Under the pieces are notes generated by a model. That model was not told the DNA's origin, did not search any database, and saw only the letters and a program-made list of their open reading frames with translations. Source: Candidatus Micrarchaeota archaeon (GTDB taxonomy: Archaea; Micrarchaeota; Micrarchaeia; Micrarchaeales; CABMGC01). From it: DNA of 48,487 bases. The translations under genes and the position numbers were made by a program. Positions 19,600 through 30,466 of this stretch are shown piece after piece. The DNA lies in assembly GCA_027365725.1 (NCBI GenBank), contig DAHXMA010000012.1, forward strand, positions 1-48,487, read 5' to 3'. Within the stretch, counting starts at the first letter, position 1, and each line of letters starts with the position of its first letter.

Positions 19600-20451
19600 T
19601 CATATCGCATTTCCATATTCGTTTGCTAAAATGTCCCTGATTGTCTTGTTTATTGCCAATATTGACTTTGAGACATCTGCGGACATTGTACTGCCTTCTT
19701 GGGATTCTAACACCATGCATATTAGAAATACATTATGGAATTTTTCTACCTCAAGCCGGATACTGGAGTTTCCTGACAATTCGGACGAGATAGTTTGCAT
19801 GATACTCCCATATTTTTTAAGGATATTCTTGAAGGCTGTAGTGGCAGAGGGTTGGTCTGCATACCCTACAAATCTGTTTCTGTATTCAAAATTGCCAGCC
19901 TCGTCTTCAGACGAGTATATTTTGGGAATGTCTTGTAAAAGCAGCTCATTGGACACCCGTACGGTAAGGTCTCCAAGTTTCTGCGTTTGGAAGTCATCTG
20001 GACTTTCAGATGGCAAACGCGAGTCTTTTATATCCTGAATCGCAGAATCCGCTTTACGTATTATGAGTTTGAAGTCTTTTATTGCAGTTATATCTTCGAA
20101 TTTTTCAGAGACTATCAGGCCCTGCTCTGCAAAGTATTTTATCGCTTCGGCTTTTTCTTTTGCTTCTGTTGAAATTGTTGGGATGCCGCCATCTAGGTTG
20201 GAATGCCTTCTGGTAACGCCCAGTTTTTTGAGTATCAGTTGGTATATGAATGGGGATATCTGATTTGAGGCGGCAACGGCTTCGCTTGCAGTTTGTATCA
20301 GATTCGCTATGCCGCTTGATGATATTTCGTTTATTAATTTTGGTGGCATTGGCGGGTCGCGCAAAGGAAATGGCTTGACATCTGCAAGAGCAGGGGCAAA
20401 GACCTCGCTTGTGTCGCGATGTTTTTTTATACGCGAAGTTTTGTTTACCAT
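19600..20451 (-). CDS. Hypothetical protein
   Basis: ~283-aa ORF in AT-richer DNA; TATA-like tatttaaa ~30 nt upstream of the ATG at 20451; no recognisable motif. Confidence 0.65.
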   Translation of the reverse strand: MVNKTSRIKKHRDTSEVFAPALADVKPFPLRDPPMPPKLINEISSSGIANLIQTASEAVAASNQISPFIYQLILKKLGVTRRHSNLDGGIPTISTEAKEKAEAIKYFAEQGLIVSEKFEDITAIKDFKLIIRKADSAIQDIKDSRLPSESPDDFQTQKLGDLTVRVSNELLLQDIPKIYSSEDEAGNFEYRNRFVGYADQPSATTAFKNILKKYGSIMQTISSELSGNSSIRLEVEKFHNVFLICMVLESQEGSTMSADVSKSILAINKTIRDILANEYGNAI

Positions 20452-20753
20452 ACTAATAAAGTATGTTTTTGCCGACAATATTTAAATATTATGTGCAGGA
20501 TATGGGGCTGGCTTTGCTCGGTTTCCATGACTTGGGTTTTTGTTTTTTTTTTGTGTAGGAGAACTTGGGTAGAGTGCATTGCAACTGGTTTTGTATGCAT
20601 GGCAGGTTTGACGCAAGCCGCTAGAGCGTTATATTGGCAGGCCCTGGCCGCTGGCTTGTATTTATGGTAATGCCAGTAAAGTCAAACCTTATAAATCTTG
20701 TTTTGCAATGAAATAATGGAATTCCCAGTGCTAGTGCTTATTTTGGGTGTTTT

Positions 20754-20984
20754 ATGCCATCGAAGAGTGATCACGAGCTCGTTCCGGTCCATGAATTGAT
20801 GAGTGATAAGGAGGCAAAGGAGGTGCTTGAATCCCTCAAAGTATCAATTGAAAACCTTCCAAAGATACTTGAAAGCGATCCGCAGGCAAAGAAGCTTGAG
20901 GCAAAGCCAGGCCAGATCATAAGGATACACAGAAGGGAGGGCAAGCACGATATGTTTTATTACAGGGTTGTTATTGGAGAATAG
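20754..20984 (+). CDS. rpoH: RNA polymerase subunit H (Rpo5)
   Basis: HELVPVHE, LPKI..SDP and YYRVV motifs; first gene of the RNAP operon. Confidence 0.96.
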   Translation: MPSKSDHELVPVHELMSDKEAKEVLESLKVSIENLPKILESDPQAKKLEAKPGQIIRIHRREGKHDMFYYRVVIGE

Positions 20985-20992
20985 GCCATTTT

Positions 20993-22465
20993 ATGGGAAA
21001 CGTACTGCTTGAATCTTATCTTGAATCGAACTCGCTGGTCCAGCACCAGGTAGAGAGTTTCAACAGGCTCCTTGACACTGGAATACAATCGGTGATAAAC
21101 AGGCAGAATATAATAGAGCCAAGCGTTGAAGGATTTGCGCTGAGGCTTGGGAAGATAAGGCTTGAGAAGGCGTCTGTTATAGAGGCAGATGGCTCGCGCA
21201 GGGCGATAATGCCAAATGAAGCGCGGCTGCGCAACCTTACTTATGCTGCCCCGATATTCATAGAGGTTGTTCCAATAATACGCGGCATAGAGAAGGCAGC
21301 CTCTTTCGGCGAGGTGTTCATCGGCGAGCTGCCGATAATGGTAAGGAGCAACATGTGCTACATGAAGACCATGACAAAGGAGCAGATAGTGGAGAATGGG
21401 GAGGATGCAGAGGATCCTGGAGGATATTTCATAATAAAGGGAGTTGAGAGGGTGCTGATAGGGCTAGAGGATGTTGCAGCCAACAGGATAATAACCACAA
21501 GGAAAAAGACGGGAGACAAGATAGCCAGCGTTGTATTTTCTACTGCGCCGGGTTTCAGGGCGCGATGCGTTGTGACAAGGGCGCAAAGCGGCATATTCAC
21601 AATAGACTTTCCAACTGTGCCAAAGAGCCTAAATTTCATACTCGTGCTCCGTGCACTTGGGATAAAGACTGAGGACATACTTGGCTATGCCGGGGATTCG
21701 CTACAGTTCAAGAACGACATCATGCTTAATATCGAGTCTGCAGAGAGCAAGGAGCTGTCAACAAACGAGGCGCTGGTTGAGCTTGGGAAGCTTTCGGCGC
21801 CTGGGCAGGCAAAGGAATACCAGCAGAAAAGGGCAGAGACACAGATGGACAGCTACCTGCTGCCGCATATAGGCGAAGGGCAGGAAGACCGGCTAGAGAA
21901 GGGAAAGTACCTCATACAAATGGCAAGGAAGGCTACGATAATAGATGCAAAGCTTGCTAAGGAAGATGACAAGGATCACTATGGAAACAAGAGGGTAAAA
22001 TACTCTGGAGAGCTCATGGAGGAGCTTTTCGCATATGCCTTCAGGTTCTTTACAAAAGAGGTAAAGTACCAGATAGAGCGGACAAGCGCGCGCGGCCGCA
22101 AGCTAAGCATTCAATCCATAATAAATCCAGACACAATAACTGAAAGGATAGCTTATGCTATGGGCACTGGGACGTGGGTTGCTGGGCAGACTGGCGTTTC
22201 GCAGGTGCTTGACAGGACAAACCTGATAAGCACCTATACGCACCTTAGGAGGGTGAAGTCGCCGCTTGCAAAAAAACACCCGCATTTCAAGGCCAGGGAC
22301 GTTCATGGAACGCAGTGGGGCAAGATATGCCCGTCTGAGACCCCTGAAGGGCAGGAGGTAGGCCTCACGAAATACCTTGCGGTGATGTCTAGGATAACCG
22401 TCGGTGCAGACGAGGATTCCGCCAAGCAGAAGATAATGGAGCTTGGCAAGATAGAGGAGATATAG
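20993..22465 (+). CDS. rpoB2: RNA polymerase subunit B'' (Rpo2N)
   Basis: PNEARLRNLTY, DPGGYFII, DDKDHYGNKR and CPSETPEG motifs. Confidence 0.96.
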   Translation: MGNVLLESYLESNSLVQHQVESFNRLLDTGIQSVINRQNIIEPSVEGFALRLGKIRLEKASVIEADGSRRAIMPNEARLRNLTYAAPIFIEVVPIIRGIEKAASFGEVFIGELPIMVRSNMCYMKTMTKEQIVENGEDAEDPGGYFIIKGVERVLIGLEDVAANRIITTRKKTGDKIASVVFSTAPGFRARCVVTRAQSGIFTIDFPTVPKSLNFILVLRALGIKTEDILGYAGDSLQFKNDIMLNIESAESKELSTNEALVELGKLSAPGQAKEYQQKRAETQMDSYLLPHIGEGQEDRLEKGKYLIQMARKATIIDAKLAKEDDKDHYGNKRVKYSGELMEELFAYAFRFFTKEVKYQIERTSARGRKLSIQSIINPDTITERIAYAMGTGTWVAGQTGVSQVLDRTNLISTYTHLRRVKSPLAKKHPHFKARDVHGTQWGKICPSETPEGQEVGLTKYLAVMSRITVGADEDSAKQKIMELGKIEEI

Positions 22466-22474
22466 GCGCATTTT

Positions 22475-24304
22475 ATGGCAGATGAAAAAAATACCAAGGC
22501 ATACGTATACATGAATGGCCGGGTAGTTGGGACTGTGGCTAAGCCCCTGGAGCTGGTCGAAGAGATACGCTCTGCCAGGAGGCGCGGGATGCTTTCTGGA
22601 GAGATAAATGTATCATATTCTGATGGTCTGAATGCTGTAAGCATAAACACAGACAGGGGCAGGATAAGAAAGCCCTATATAATAGTTGAGAATGGCAAGG
22701 CGAAGCTTACAAATGATATAATAGAGAAGATTAAGAGCAAGGAGATAAATTTCAATTACCTGCTCAGGAACGGGATAGTTGAGTATCTTGACGCAGAGGA
22801 GGAAGAGAACATGCTTGTGGCGCTGTCTGAGGCAGAGATTACGGAAAAGCACACTCACCTAGAGGTTGACATTTCATCTATATTCGGATTTACCGTCAAC
22901 ACCTCGCCTTATCCGGAGCATAACAGCCTTGCCAGGCACGCGATGCTTGCCAACTTCGCAAAGCAGGCGCAGGGGCTCTATGCTACAAACTTCAACCAGA
23001 GGTTCGATTCGAGGGCGTATGTGCTGTTTTACCCGCAAAAGCCCGTAGTATCAACAGTTGCTTATGATACAGTCAGGATGCAAAACCATCCAAGCGGCCA
23101 GAATTTCGTTGTTGCGCTGTCCACGTATTATGGATATAACATGGCTGACGCAATAGTGCTCAACCGCGCGGCGGTGGACAGGGGACTTGGCAGAAGCATG
23201 TTTTATAAGACGTATGTTGACGAGGAACGGAGATATCCTGGAGGGCAGAGGGACAAGTTTAAGATACCTCCACCCACTGCTGACGGTTACATGGGAGAGC
23301 ACGTATATTCAAAGCTAAGCGAGGACGGCATAATAGAGCCGGAGATGGAGGTCTCCGAGGGCGACGCGCTTATAGGCAAGGTTGCACCGCCAAGGTTCCT
23401 TGAAGAGAATCTTGGCGCAGGCGGACTTGAGGAAAAAGTAAGGGATGACACGGCAGTGCTTAAGACGGGAGAGACGGGCGTGGTTGACAGCGTTGTATTC
23501 ACTGAGTCTACTGGAGCTACAAAGATAGTAAAGGTAAGGATACGCAGCATACGCATACCTGAAAACGGCGACAAATTCGCGAGCAGGCACGGGCAGAAAG
23601 GGGTCGTGGCGCTGATCGTGCCTCCGGAGGACATGCCGTTTACCGAGCAGGGAATAGTTCCGGACCTGCTTCTTAACCCGCACTCCATACCAACAAGGCT
23701 TACGTTCGGCCACCTGCTTGAGATGCTTGCAGGAAAGGCTGGGTCAGTAGGCGGCACGGTTGTCGACGGAACTGCGTTTGCCGAGGCAGGGCCGGACAGG
23801 ATTGATGCTTATGGAAAAATACTTGAGGCGCAGGGGTTCGAAAGGTACGGGAACGAGATACTTTATGATGGCATAACAGGAATGCCGTTCAAGTCTTCGC
23901 TTTTCAACGGTGTCGTCTATTATAATAGGCTATACCACATGGTGAGCAACAAGATACAGGTAAGGAGCAGGGGCAAGGTGCAGATACTTACGCACCAGCC
24001 TACTGAAGGAAAGGCGAGGCAGGGCGCGCTTAGGTTCGGTGAGATGGAAAGGGACGCGCTTATAGGATACGGTGCGAGCCTCCTGTTGAAGGAGAGGCTG
24101 CTCGACCAGAGCGACAAGGCAGTTGTGCTTGTTTGCAAGGATTGCGGATCTTTGGGATATTATGACCACATAAAGAAAACTATGGTGTGCCCGCTTACAA
24201 AAGGCAGCAGCTTTGTTGAAGTGGAGATAAGCTACGCGTTCAAGGTGCTGCTTGACGAAATCAAGTCGCTGCACATAATGACGAGTTTGAAGCTCAATGA
24301 GTAG
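22475..24304 (+). CDS. rpoB1: RNA polymerase subunit B' (Rpo2C)
   Basis: GDKFASRHGQKG, NPHSIP and RFGEMERD motifs. Confidence 0.97.
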   Translation: MADEKNTKAYVYMNGRVVGTVAKPLELVEEIRSARRRGMLSGEINVSYSDGLNAVSINTDRGRIRKPYIIVENGKAKLTNDIIEKIKSKEINFNYLLRNGIVEYLDAEEEENMLVALSEAEITEKHTHLEVDISSIFGFTVNTSPYPEHNSLARHAMLANFAKQAQGLYATNFNQRFDSRAYVLFYPQKPVVSTVAYDTVRMQNHPSGQNFVVALSTYYGYNMADAIVLNRAAVDRGLGRSMFYKTYVDEERRYPGGQRDKFKIPPPTADGYMGEHVYSKLSEDGIIEPEMEVSEGDALIGKVAPPRFLEENLGAGGLEEKVRDDTAVLKTGETGVVDSVVFTESTGATKIVKVRIRSIRIPENGDKFASRHGQKGVVALIVPPEDMPFTEQGIVPDLLLNPHSIPTRLTFGHLLEMLAGKAGSVGGTVVDGTAFAEAGPDRIDAYGKILEAQGFERYGNEILYDGITGMPFKSSLFNGVVYYNRLYHMVSNKIQVRSRGKVQILTHQPTEGKARQGALRFGEMERDALIGYGASLLLKERLLDQSDKAVVLVCKDCGSLGYYDHIKKTMVCPLTKGSSFVEVEISYAFKVLLDEIKSLHIMTSLKLNE

Positions 24305-26857
24305 ATGATTATGCAGACCGAGGCAATAGAAAGCATAAAGTTCGGAGTCCTTAACCCAGACGATGCTAGAAAGCTTGGCGTCATAAAGCTTACGGTGCCG
24401 GACACCTACAATGAGGACGGATATCCTATAGAGGGCGGACTGCTTGACCAAAGGATGGGGGTCATAGACCCTGGACTGCTGTGCAAGACGTGCGGCGCGA
24501 GGGCGAAATCGTGCCCCGGCCATTTCGGCAGGATAGAGCTTGTCAGGCCTGTGCTGCACTCGGAATTCACCAAAGTAATATACATGATATTGCAGTCGAC
24601 CTGCAAGAACTGCCACAGGCTGCTCCTTAGCGACGAGCATATGAATGAATACAAAGACGCCCTGAACCAGATTGAGGAGGCCGTGGAGATAGATGCCGAG
24701 CTTGGGGACGTGAAGCTTGGCATGGGTAGCGCCGCGATGCTCAAGAGGATAAAGAACATGAAGAGATGCGAGAGATGCGGGACTGTTAAGGGGAAGCTGA
24801 AGTTCTCTGCCCCTACCTATTTTTACATAGACGATTACAAGATGAAGCCTGATGAGATACGGGATCTGCTGGAGAAGGTGAGCCAGGATGACCTGCAGGT
24901 TCTTGGGATAGACTCTGTTGTAGCCAGGCCGGAATGGCTTGTGCTGAGCGTGCTTTTGGTTCCGCCGGTAAATGTGAGGCCATCGATAACACTTGAAAGC
25001 GGGGAGAGGAGCGAAGACGACCTGACGCACAAGCTTGTAGATATAATGAGGATAAACCTGAGGCTTGAGCAGAACCTTAACGCCGGGGCGCCGCAGATAA
25101 TAATAGACGACCTGTGGGAGCTGCTTCAGGACCACGGGACTACATACTTCAACAATGAGACGGCAAGCATACCTCCTGCAAGGCACAGGAGCGGCAGGGC
25201 GCTTAAGACCCTTGCGCAGAGGCTTAAGGGCAAGGAGGGCAGGTTCAGGTACAACCTGAGCGGGAAGAGGGTAAACTATTCGGCGCGTACTGTAATAAGT
25301 GTTGACCCAAACATAGACCTGGACGAGGTTGGCGTGCCTCTGGAAATAGCCTCGAAGCTTACCGTGCCGTTCTACGTCACAGCGTGGAACATTGACAAGG
25401 CGCGGGAGATGCTTTCCAGGACTGAATATCCAATGATAGTAAATGCTATAGCAAAGGACGGAAAGAGGAAGAGGGTTATAGACCTTAACCGGGAGGAATT
25501 GATAAAGGACCTGCAGCCGGGGATGGTGCTTGAGAGGCAGCTTGCAGACGGAGACATAACTCTTTTCAACAGGCAGCCTTCGCTGCACAGGGTGTCGATA
25601 ATGTCCCACAGGGCCAAAGTGCTGAATGGGAGGACGTTTAGGATGAACTATTGCGTTACAGCCCCGTATAATGCCGACTTCGACGGGGACGAGATGAACC
25701 TGCATGTCCCGCAGAGCCTTGAGGCTCAGTCAGAGGCGAAGTACCTGATGAACCCAAAATACCAGGTTTTCTCGCCCAGGGACGGGGATGCAATAATAAC
25801 AAACAATGAGGACGGGATCACCGGAATGTACATGCTCACAAAGGATGACAACTTCCTTACAAAGGAGCAGGCAGTTTACATACTATCTATAGCAGGCAAG
25901 TACGAGCTGCCTGATCCGACAAAGGATGGACTTTACAGGGGAAAAGACATCTTTTCGCTGCTTCTGCCAAAGGGGCTTGATTTCGAGGGAAGGTCTGCTA
26001 AGGCGCCTTTTGTAATAAAGAAGGGCAAGCTTGTGCAGGGGGTTGTTGCAAAGGACACTTTTGGCAGGGGGGACAACAAGCTTCTTGCAAAGATAGGCAA
26101 GGATTTCGGCTATGACGTTCTCAAGGAGTTCATCTTTGTTTCTGCGAAGGTTGCTGATGCATATGTCACAATGATGGGAGTCACGGTGGGGGTAAAGGAA
26201 TACACCACAAGCAAGAAGCTTGCCGAGGAGAGGGTGCGGCTGCTTTCGGAGACGTTTAGCAATATAGAGAAGCTGATAGAGGACTACAGGAACAGGAAAC
26301 TCGAGCCCCTGATAGGATATACGCTCAGGCAGTCGCTTGAAAGGATGATAATAGCGGAGCTAAACTTGGTAAGGGACAGGGCCGGAGAAATGCTTCTGAA
26401 ATACGAAAGCAGCGACAATGTTGCCGTGGAAATGGCGAGGTCCGGATCAAGGGGGAGCGTGCTCAATATAGAGCAGATGACCATGTTCCTTGGGCAGCAG
26501 GCTACACTGAGCGGCGGCAGGATAAAGAGAGGCTACTACACCAACAGGGTGCTTCCGCACATTGCTCCGGGAGATGTAAGGCCTGGCGCGCGCGGGTTCG
26601 TTGCGACATCATATTATTCCGGGCTTGCCCCGACAGACCTGTTCATGCATGCAGTAGGGTCTCGTGGGTCAGAGGTATATAAGGCGCTTCTGACCGCAAG
26701 GTCTGGTTATCTTTACAGGAGGCTGTCTAATGCGCTGCAGGACTATAGCGTGAAGTCCGATTACAGCGTAAGAGACGCTAACAACAACCTTGTCGAAGTC
26801 GTTTATGGGGGAGACAAGATGAACCCGCTGTATACACAGTTTGATACGGTGGATTGA
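24305..26857 (+). CDS. rpoA1: RNA polymerase subunit A' (Rpo1N)
   Basis: [28 protein letters not shown] and catalytic NADFDGD motifs. Confidence 0.97.
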   Translation: MIMQTEAIESIKFGVLNPDDARKLGVIKLTVPDTYNEDGYPIEGGLLDQRMGVIDPGLLCKTCGARAKSCPGHFGRIELVRPVLHSEFTKVIYMILQSTCKNCHRLLLSDEHMNEYKDALNQIEEAVEIDAELGDVKLGMGSAAMLKRIKNMKRCERCGTVKGKLKFSAPTYFYIDDYKMKPDEIRDLLEKVSQDDLQVLGIDSVVARPEWLVLSVLLVPPVNVRPSITLESGERSEDDLTHKLVDIMRINLRLEQNLNAGAPQIIIDDLWELLQDHGTTYFNNETASIPPARHRSGRALKTLAQRLKGKEGRFRYNLSGKRVNYSARTVISVDPNIDLDEVGVPLEIASKLTVPFYVTAWNIDKAREMLSRTEYPMIVNAIAKDGKRKRVIDLNREELIKDLQPGMVLERQLADGDITLFNRQPSLHRVSIMSHRAKVLNGRTFRMNYCVTAPYNADFDGDEMNLHVPQSLEAQSEAKYLMNPKYQVFSPRDGDAIITNNEDGITGMYMLTKDDNFLTKEQAVYILSIAGKYELPDPTKDGLYRGKDIFSLLLPKGLDFEGRSAKAPFVIKKGKLVQGVVAKDTFGRGDNKLLAKIGKDFGYDVLKEFIFVSAKVADAYVTMMGVTVGVKEYTTSKKLAEERVRLLSETFSNIEKLIEDYRNRKLEPLIGYTLRQSLERMIIAELNLVRDRAGEMLLKYESSDNVAVEMARSGSRGSVLNIEQMTMFLGQQATLSGGRIKRGYYTNRVLPHIAPGDVRPGARGFVATSYYSGLAPTDLFMHAVGSRGSEVYKALLTARSGYLYRRLSNALQDYSVKSDYSVRDANNNLVEVVYGGDKMNPLYTQFDTVD

Positions 26858-26873
26858 TACTGGTTTGATGATT

Positions 26874-27917
26874 ATGGCGGAAAAAAATAACAAAAAGTAT
26901 TTCGTTGAATATGGCGAGCCTGTGGGCATAATAGCTGCGCAGTCTGTTGGGGAGCCTGGGACGCAGATGATCCTTAGGTCATTCCACCTTGCAGGAATAG
27001 AGTCTACTGTTGCCACTTCGGGGCTGCCAAGGATAATAGAGCTTGTTGACGCGAAGAAGAAGCCGAGCACGCCAGTCACATACATATATCTTGACCAGAA
27101 GATAAGCAAGAACTTTGACAGGGCTTCTGAGATGCTTAAGAAGATAAACGAGGTGCGGATGAGCAACCTTGCCAGGAGGGCGCTTGAGAACTTCTCGAAG
27201 GGCAAGATAAAGATCGTCCTGGACAAGCAGGAACTTGAGTCTGAAGGCCTCACTATAAGGCAGGTTGCTGCAAGGATAGAGAAGGACATGGGGCTTGACG
27301 CGCAGCCGGTTGAAAACGGGGTCATAGTGAACATGCACACCAGGAACCTCAAGGAGATACGTAACACCAAGATAGCGATAATGAAGATGCTTGTCTCAGG
27401 CGTTGACGGGGCAGGAAAGGCAACTGTAAGGAGGGATGATGATACAGGCGAATTTTATTTGGTGTCTGCAGGCAGCAATATAGAAGGCATAATGCAGATA
27501 GACGGGATTGACAAGTCAAAGACTACCACAAACGACGTGTTTGCAGTTTACAGGCTTTTCGGAATAGAGGCTGCAAGAAACAGCCTGGCAGTAGAGCTGA
27601 AGAAAACGCTAAAGGAGCAGAAGATATCGGTTGATGAAAGGCACCTTAATCTCATAGCTGATGCAATGACCGCAAGCGGATCGGTAAAGGGCGTGGGCAG
27701 GCACGGCCTAAGCGGAGAGAAGCGGTCTGTTTTTGCAAGGGCAGCGTACGAGGAAACGCTCAAGCATCTGGTGCATGCTGCTGCGTTCGGAGAGACGGAC
27801 AAAATGCGCGGTGTTACGGAGAATATACTTGTAGGAAAGCAGATACCGATAGGCACAGGTTCGGTAAAGCTCGCAATAAAGAAAGAGGACATGTCCAAGG
27901 TAATGCCGAAGAAGTAG
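26874..27917 (+). CDS. rpoA2: RNA polymerase subunit A'' (Rpo1C)
   Basis: [33 protein letters not shown] and GVTENI..G...GTG motifs; start at 26868 or 26874. Confidence 0.95.
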   Translation: MAEKNNKKYFVEYGEPVGIIAAQSVGEPGTQMILRSFHLAGIESTVATSGLPRIIELVDAKKKPSTPVTYIYLDQKISKNFDRASEMLKKINEVRMSNLARRALENFSKGKIKIVLDKQELESEGLTIRQVAARIEKDMGLDAQPVENGVIVNMHTRNLKEIRNTKIAIMKMLVSGVDGAGKATVRRDDDTGEFYLVSAGSNIEGIMQIDGIDKSKTTTNDVFAVYRLFGIEAARNSLAVELKKTLKEQKISVDERHLNLIADAMTASGSVKGVGRHGLSGEKRSVFARAAYEETLKHLVHAAAFGETDKMRGVTENILVGKQIPIGTGSVKLAIKKEDMSKVMPKK

Positions 27918-27921
27918 TAGG

Positions 27922-29250
27922 CTAGGCTTTTTTTGACGATGCATTTACGCTGCGTATTGACGCTTCGAGTATGTCGAGTCCTTCTGATAGGTGTTTTTCC
28001 GATATGGTTATTGGAGGTATTATCCTTATTGAGGATTCTCCACATGGAAGCATGACCAGCCCATTGTTGAACGAATAGGATATTATCGCGTCCCTTTCCT
28101 TTTCTGCAGGCTGCTTTGTCTTTTTATCCTTTACGAACTCTATGCCTATCATCATCCCGATGCCGCGCACATCGCCCAGTATTTCGTACTTTTCTTTCAT
28201 CTCCTCCAGCCTTGACATCGCGAGCCTGCCCTTGCGCCTTGCCTGGGATTGGAGTGAGGCCATGTGCCGTTTCACGTATTTGAGAAGTGCGTTTGCCGCA
28301 GCTACAGACGCGAGATTGCCGCCGAATGTGTTTGAATGGGCTCCCTCTGGCACGTCTCCCAGCGACTTCCTTACTACAGTCGCGCCCATAGGCAGGCCGC
28401 CTGCAATTGCCTTTGCCATTGTATATATGTCTGCAGTAACTTTGAAATTGTCCATTGCAAGGAACCGGCCAGTGCGCATATAGCCTGATTGCACCTCGTC
28501 TGATACGAGTAGCATCCCGTTATCGCTTGCTATCTCCCTTATTCCTTGTATGAATTCCTTTGGCGGAACAATGTATCCGCCCTCTCCCTGGACCGGCTCC
28601 ACAAAGATTGCTGCAACCTCTCTGGGCGAGGTTTCCTTGCCAAGCGGCTGTTTTTTAATGTAGTCGACGCATGCCATGCCGCAGGTCGGGTACTCTTTCC
28701 CGAAAGGGCACCGATAGCAGTATGCATAAGGCGCGTGGACCACCTGGTTGAACGGGCCAAAGTGCTCGCGCTGGGCTAGCTTGGATGCCGTCATTGAAAG
28801 GGATCCCAGCGTCCTGCCGTGGAAGGAGTTGTAAAAGGCCAGCAGGTACTGCCTCTTCGTGAATATTTTTGAGTACTTTATTGCTGCTTCGTTTGCTTCG
28901 GTGCCGGAGTTTGAGAAGAATACCTTTCCGAAGCCTTTTGGAAACATTGATATCAGGTTTTCCGCGAAAGCTACTGGCTGTTCTGCGTAGAAATCGGTGA
29001 ATGCGGAGTGCATGAGATCCTGTATCTGGCTGGATATGGCGGCCCTAACCTCGGGGATGCTGTTATTGCCGAAATTGTATACGCTTATGAATGATGAGAA
29101 ATCAAGGAAGCGGTTGCCTGAAACGTCGTATACGAAATCGCCAGATCCTTTTGCTGGTATAAAGGGTATCTCTCCGCGCGTGGTTGTGAGGATTACCTTG
29201 CTATCCCTTTCAATTATGCTCTTTATCTTTCTTGTGAGCTTGAACCCCAT
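27922..29250 (-). CDS. Class-III PLP-dependent aminotransferase (GabT/ornithine aminotransferase-like)
   Basis: NSGTEANEAAIK, FHGRT, EPVQGEGG, DEVQSG and AKAIAGG (PLP lysine) motifs. Confidence 0.9.
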   Translation of the reverse strand: MGFKLTRKIKSIIERDSKVILTTTRGEIPFIPAKGSGDFVYDVSGNRFLDFSSFISVYNFGNNSIPEVRAAISSQIQDLMHSAFTDFYAEQPVAFAENLISMFPKGFGKVFFSNSGTEANEAAIKYSKIFTKRQYLLAFYNSFHGRTLGSLSMTASKLAQREHFGPFNQVVHAPYAYCYRCPFGKEYPTCGMACVDYIKKQPLGKETSPREVAAIFVEPVQGEGGYIVPPKEFIQGIREIASDNGMLLVSDEVQSGYMRTGRFLAMDNFKVTADIYTMAKAIAGGLPMGATVVRKSLGDVPEGAHSNTFGGNLASVAAANALLKYVKRHMASLQSQARRKGRLAMSRLEEMKEKYEILGDVRGIGMMIGIEFVKDKKTKQPAEKERDAIISYSFNNGLVMLPCGESSIRIIPPITISEKHLSEGLDILEASIRSVNASSKKA

Positions 29251-29273
29251 CGATTTCGCCGCTGCATTGGTAT

Positions 29274-29513
29274 TTATCCTTTTATCTTAGATGCGTCTAT
29301 TTCGAGGGCCTTTGCGAGCTGCGCCTTGTCGGATAAGGACACTTTTTCTGAAAGGATTTCTAGGTGCTGCACATTGCACCGTCTTGGTCTTGGTCTTATC
29401 GAGCTCACTATTGATACAAAATTGCCGCCAAGCAATTTTGTTATGACAGCCTTGCTGCCGGCATCTCTGCCTAGCTTCTTTATGCATACTCTGCCTTCTT
29501 CTACTAATGCCAT
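29274..29513 (-). CDS. rpl14e: Ribosomal protein eL14 (L14e)
   Basis: EEGRVCIKKLGRDAG...RRCNVQHLE KOW-type L14e signature. Confidence 0.88.
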   Translation of the reverse strand: MALVEEGRVCIKKLGRDAGSKAVITKLLGGNFVSIVSSIRPRPRRCNVQHLEILSEKVSLSDKAQLAKALEIDASKIKG

Positions 29514-29737
29514 AATATTCACCAATAAATGCCATATCAAAAGCAAATGGCCTTGTTTGAGGCGTTGCCTTAACTGGCGCTGATATAGGCATTGCTGAGC
29601 ATTTATATAAAACTATTGCAGAGTTTGCTGTCTTTCGTTGGCTGACGCAGTGCCATTTATGATGCAGGTCCTTGTTGAAATGTGCTAAACCACAATAGTT
29701 TAAATATCACGTTGCCCAACGTTCTTGGTGTGGTATA

Positions 29738-29935
29738 ATGCATGCTAGAAGACATGTGCGCCAAAAACCTGCGGATACATCCGGAGCAGAAGGCAGCCTG
29801 AACGGCAGAGCTGTTGGGTTTTGTGATGTGCTACGCGCAGAAGTCGTGGCTTCAGGAATGGATAACTCAGGCAAAAAATGGGTAGTAACGGCTCAGGTAT
29901 TTCCTGGGCAGGATAAGGCTAACCTAAGGGCCTGA
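29738..29935 (+). CDS. Small hypothetical protein
   Basis: 65-aa ORF preceded by TATA-like tttaaata and ggtg. Confidence 0.45.
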   Translation: MHARRHVRQKPADTSGAEGSLNGRAVGFCDVLRAEVVASGMDNSGKKWVVTAQVFPGQDKANLRA

Positions 29936-29958
29936 TAAAACGGCATTGGCGATGTGAT

Positions 29959-30450
29959 ATGACATTAAAAGAAGCTGGGGGAATGGAGAAAGGTAAGGGC
30001 TTGCGCAGAGATGAAGCTATGGATGTGCTAAAGGGATACCTGCCTGATCCGAAATGCGAGGCCGCAAAGAAGATACTGATGGACGGCGAGAAGGGCAGAA
30101 GTCATCCATTGGTTATTGCTGATGATTTTATAAGATATTCTTGGATGGAGAATATGTACGGCGAAATGCGCAAGAAAGCGGCGCAGGATGCAATAACGCT
30201 CCTGGTTATTTCCAATATGCGCATTGGATATGCACAGAGCCTTGCAAAGACGCTTAGGGACTTTGGGGTTTTTACGCAGGATGAGGCAAAGGGGGCGATA
30301 TTGAAGGGCATAGAGACGATGGCAACGGTTTATGGAAGGGTTTTCATGGCATCCGATATTGCCGCCGGGGCCTCTGAGGAGTTTGGAATAACAAAGGAAG
30401 ACCTTGCAAATGCCCTAAATGCAGATTTGCGCGGGGCTAGGCGTTTTTGA
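29959..30450 (+). CDS. Hypothetical alpha-helical protein
   Basis: 163-aa ORF with plausible codon usage; no recognised motif. Confidence 0.65.
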   Translation: MTLKEAGGMEKGKGLRRDEAMDVLKGYLPDPKCEAAKKILMDGEKGRSHPLVIADDFIRYSWMENMYGEMRKKAAQDAITLLVISNMRIGYAQSLAKTLRDFGVFTQDEAKGAILKGIETMATVYGRVFMASDIAAGASEEFGITKEDLANALNADLRGARRF

Positions 30451-30466
30451 AAAACTAGGCGATTTG

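Noticed and set aside
11216-20750. Integrated provirus or plasmid at tRNA-Gly
   Set aside because: No integrase, viral or replication genes and no duplicated tRNA end were found
23930-25705. 591-aa minus-strand ORF and many similar long antisense ORFs
   Set aside because: Shadows of conserved genes caused by codon bias; no recognisable protein features
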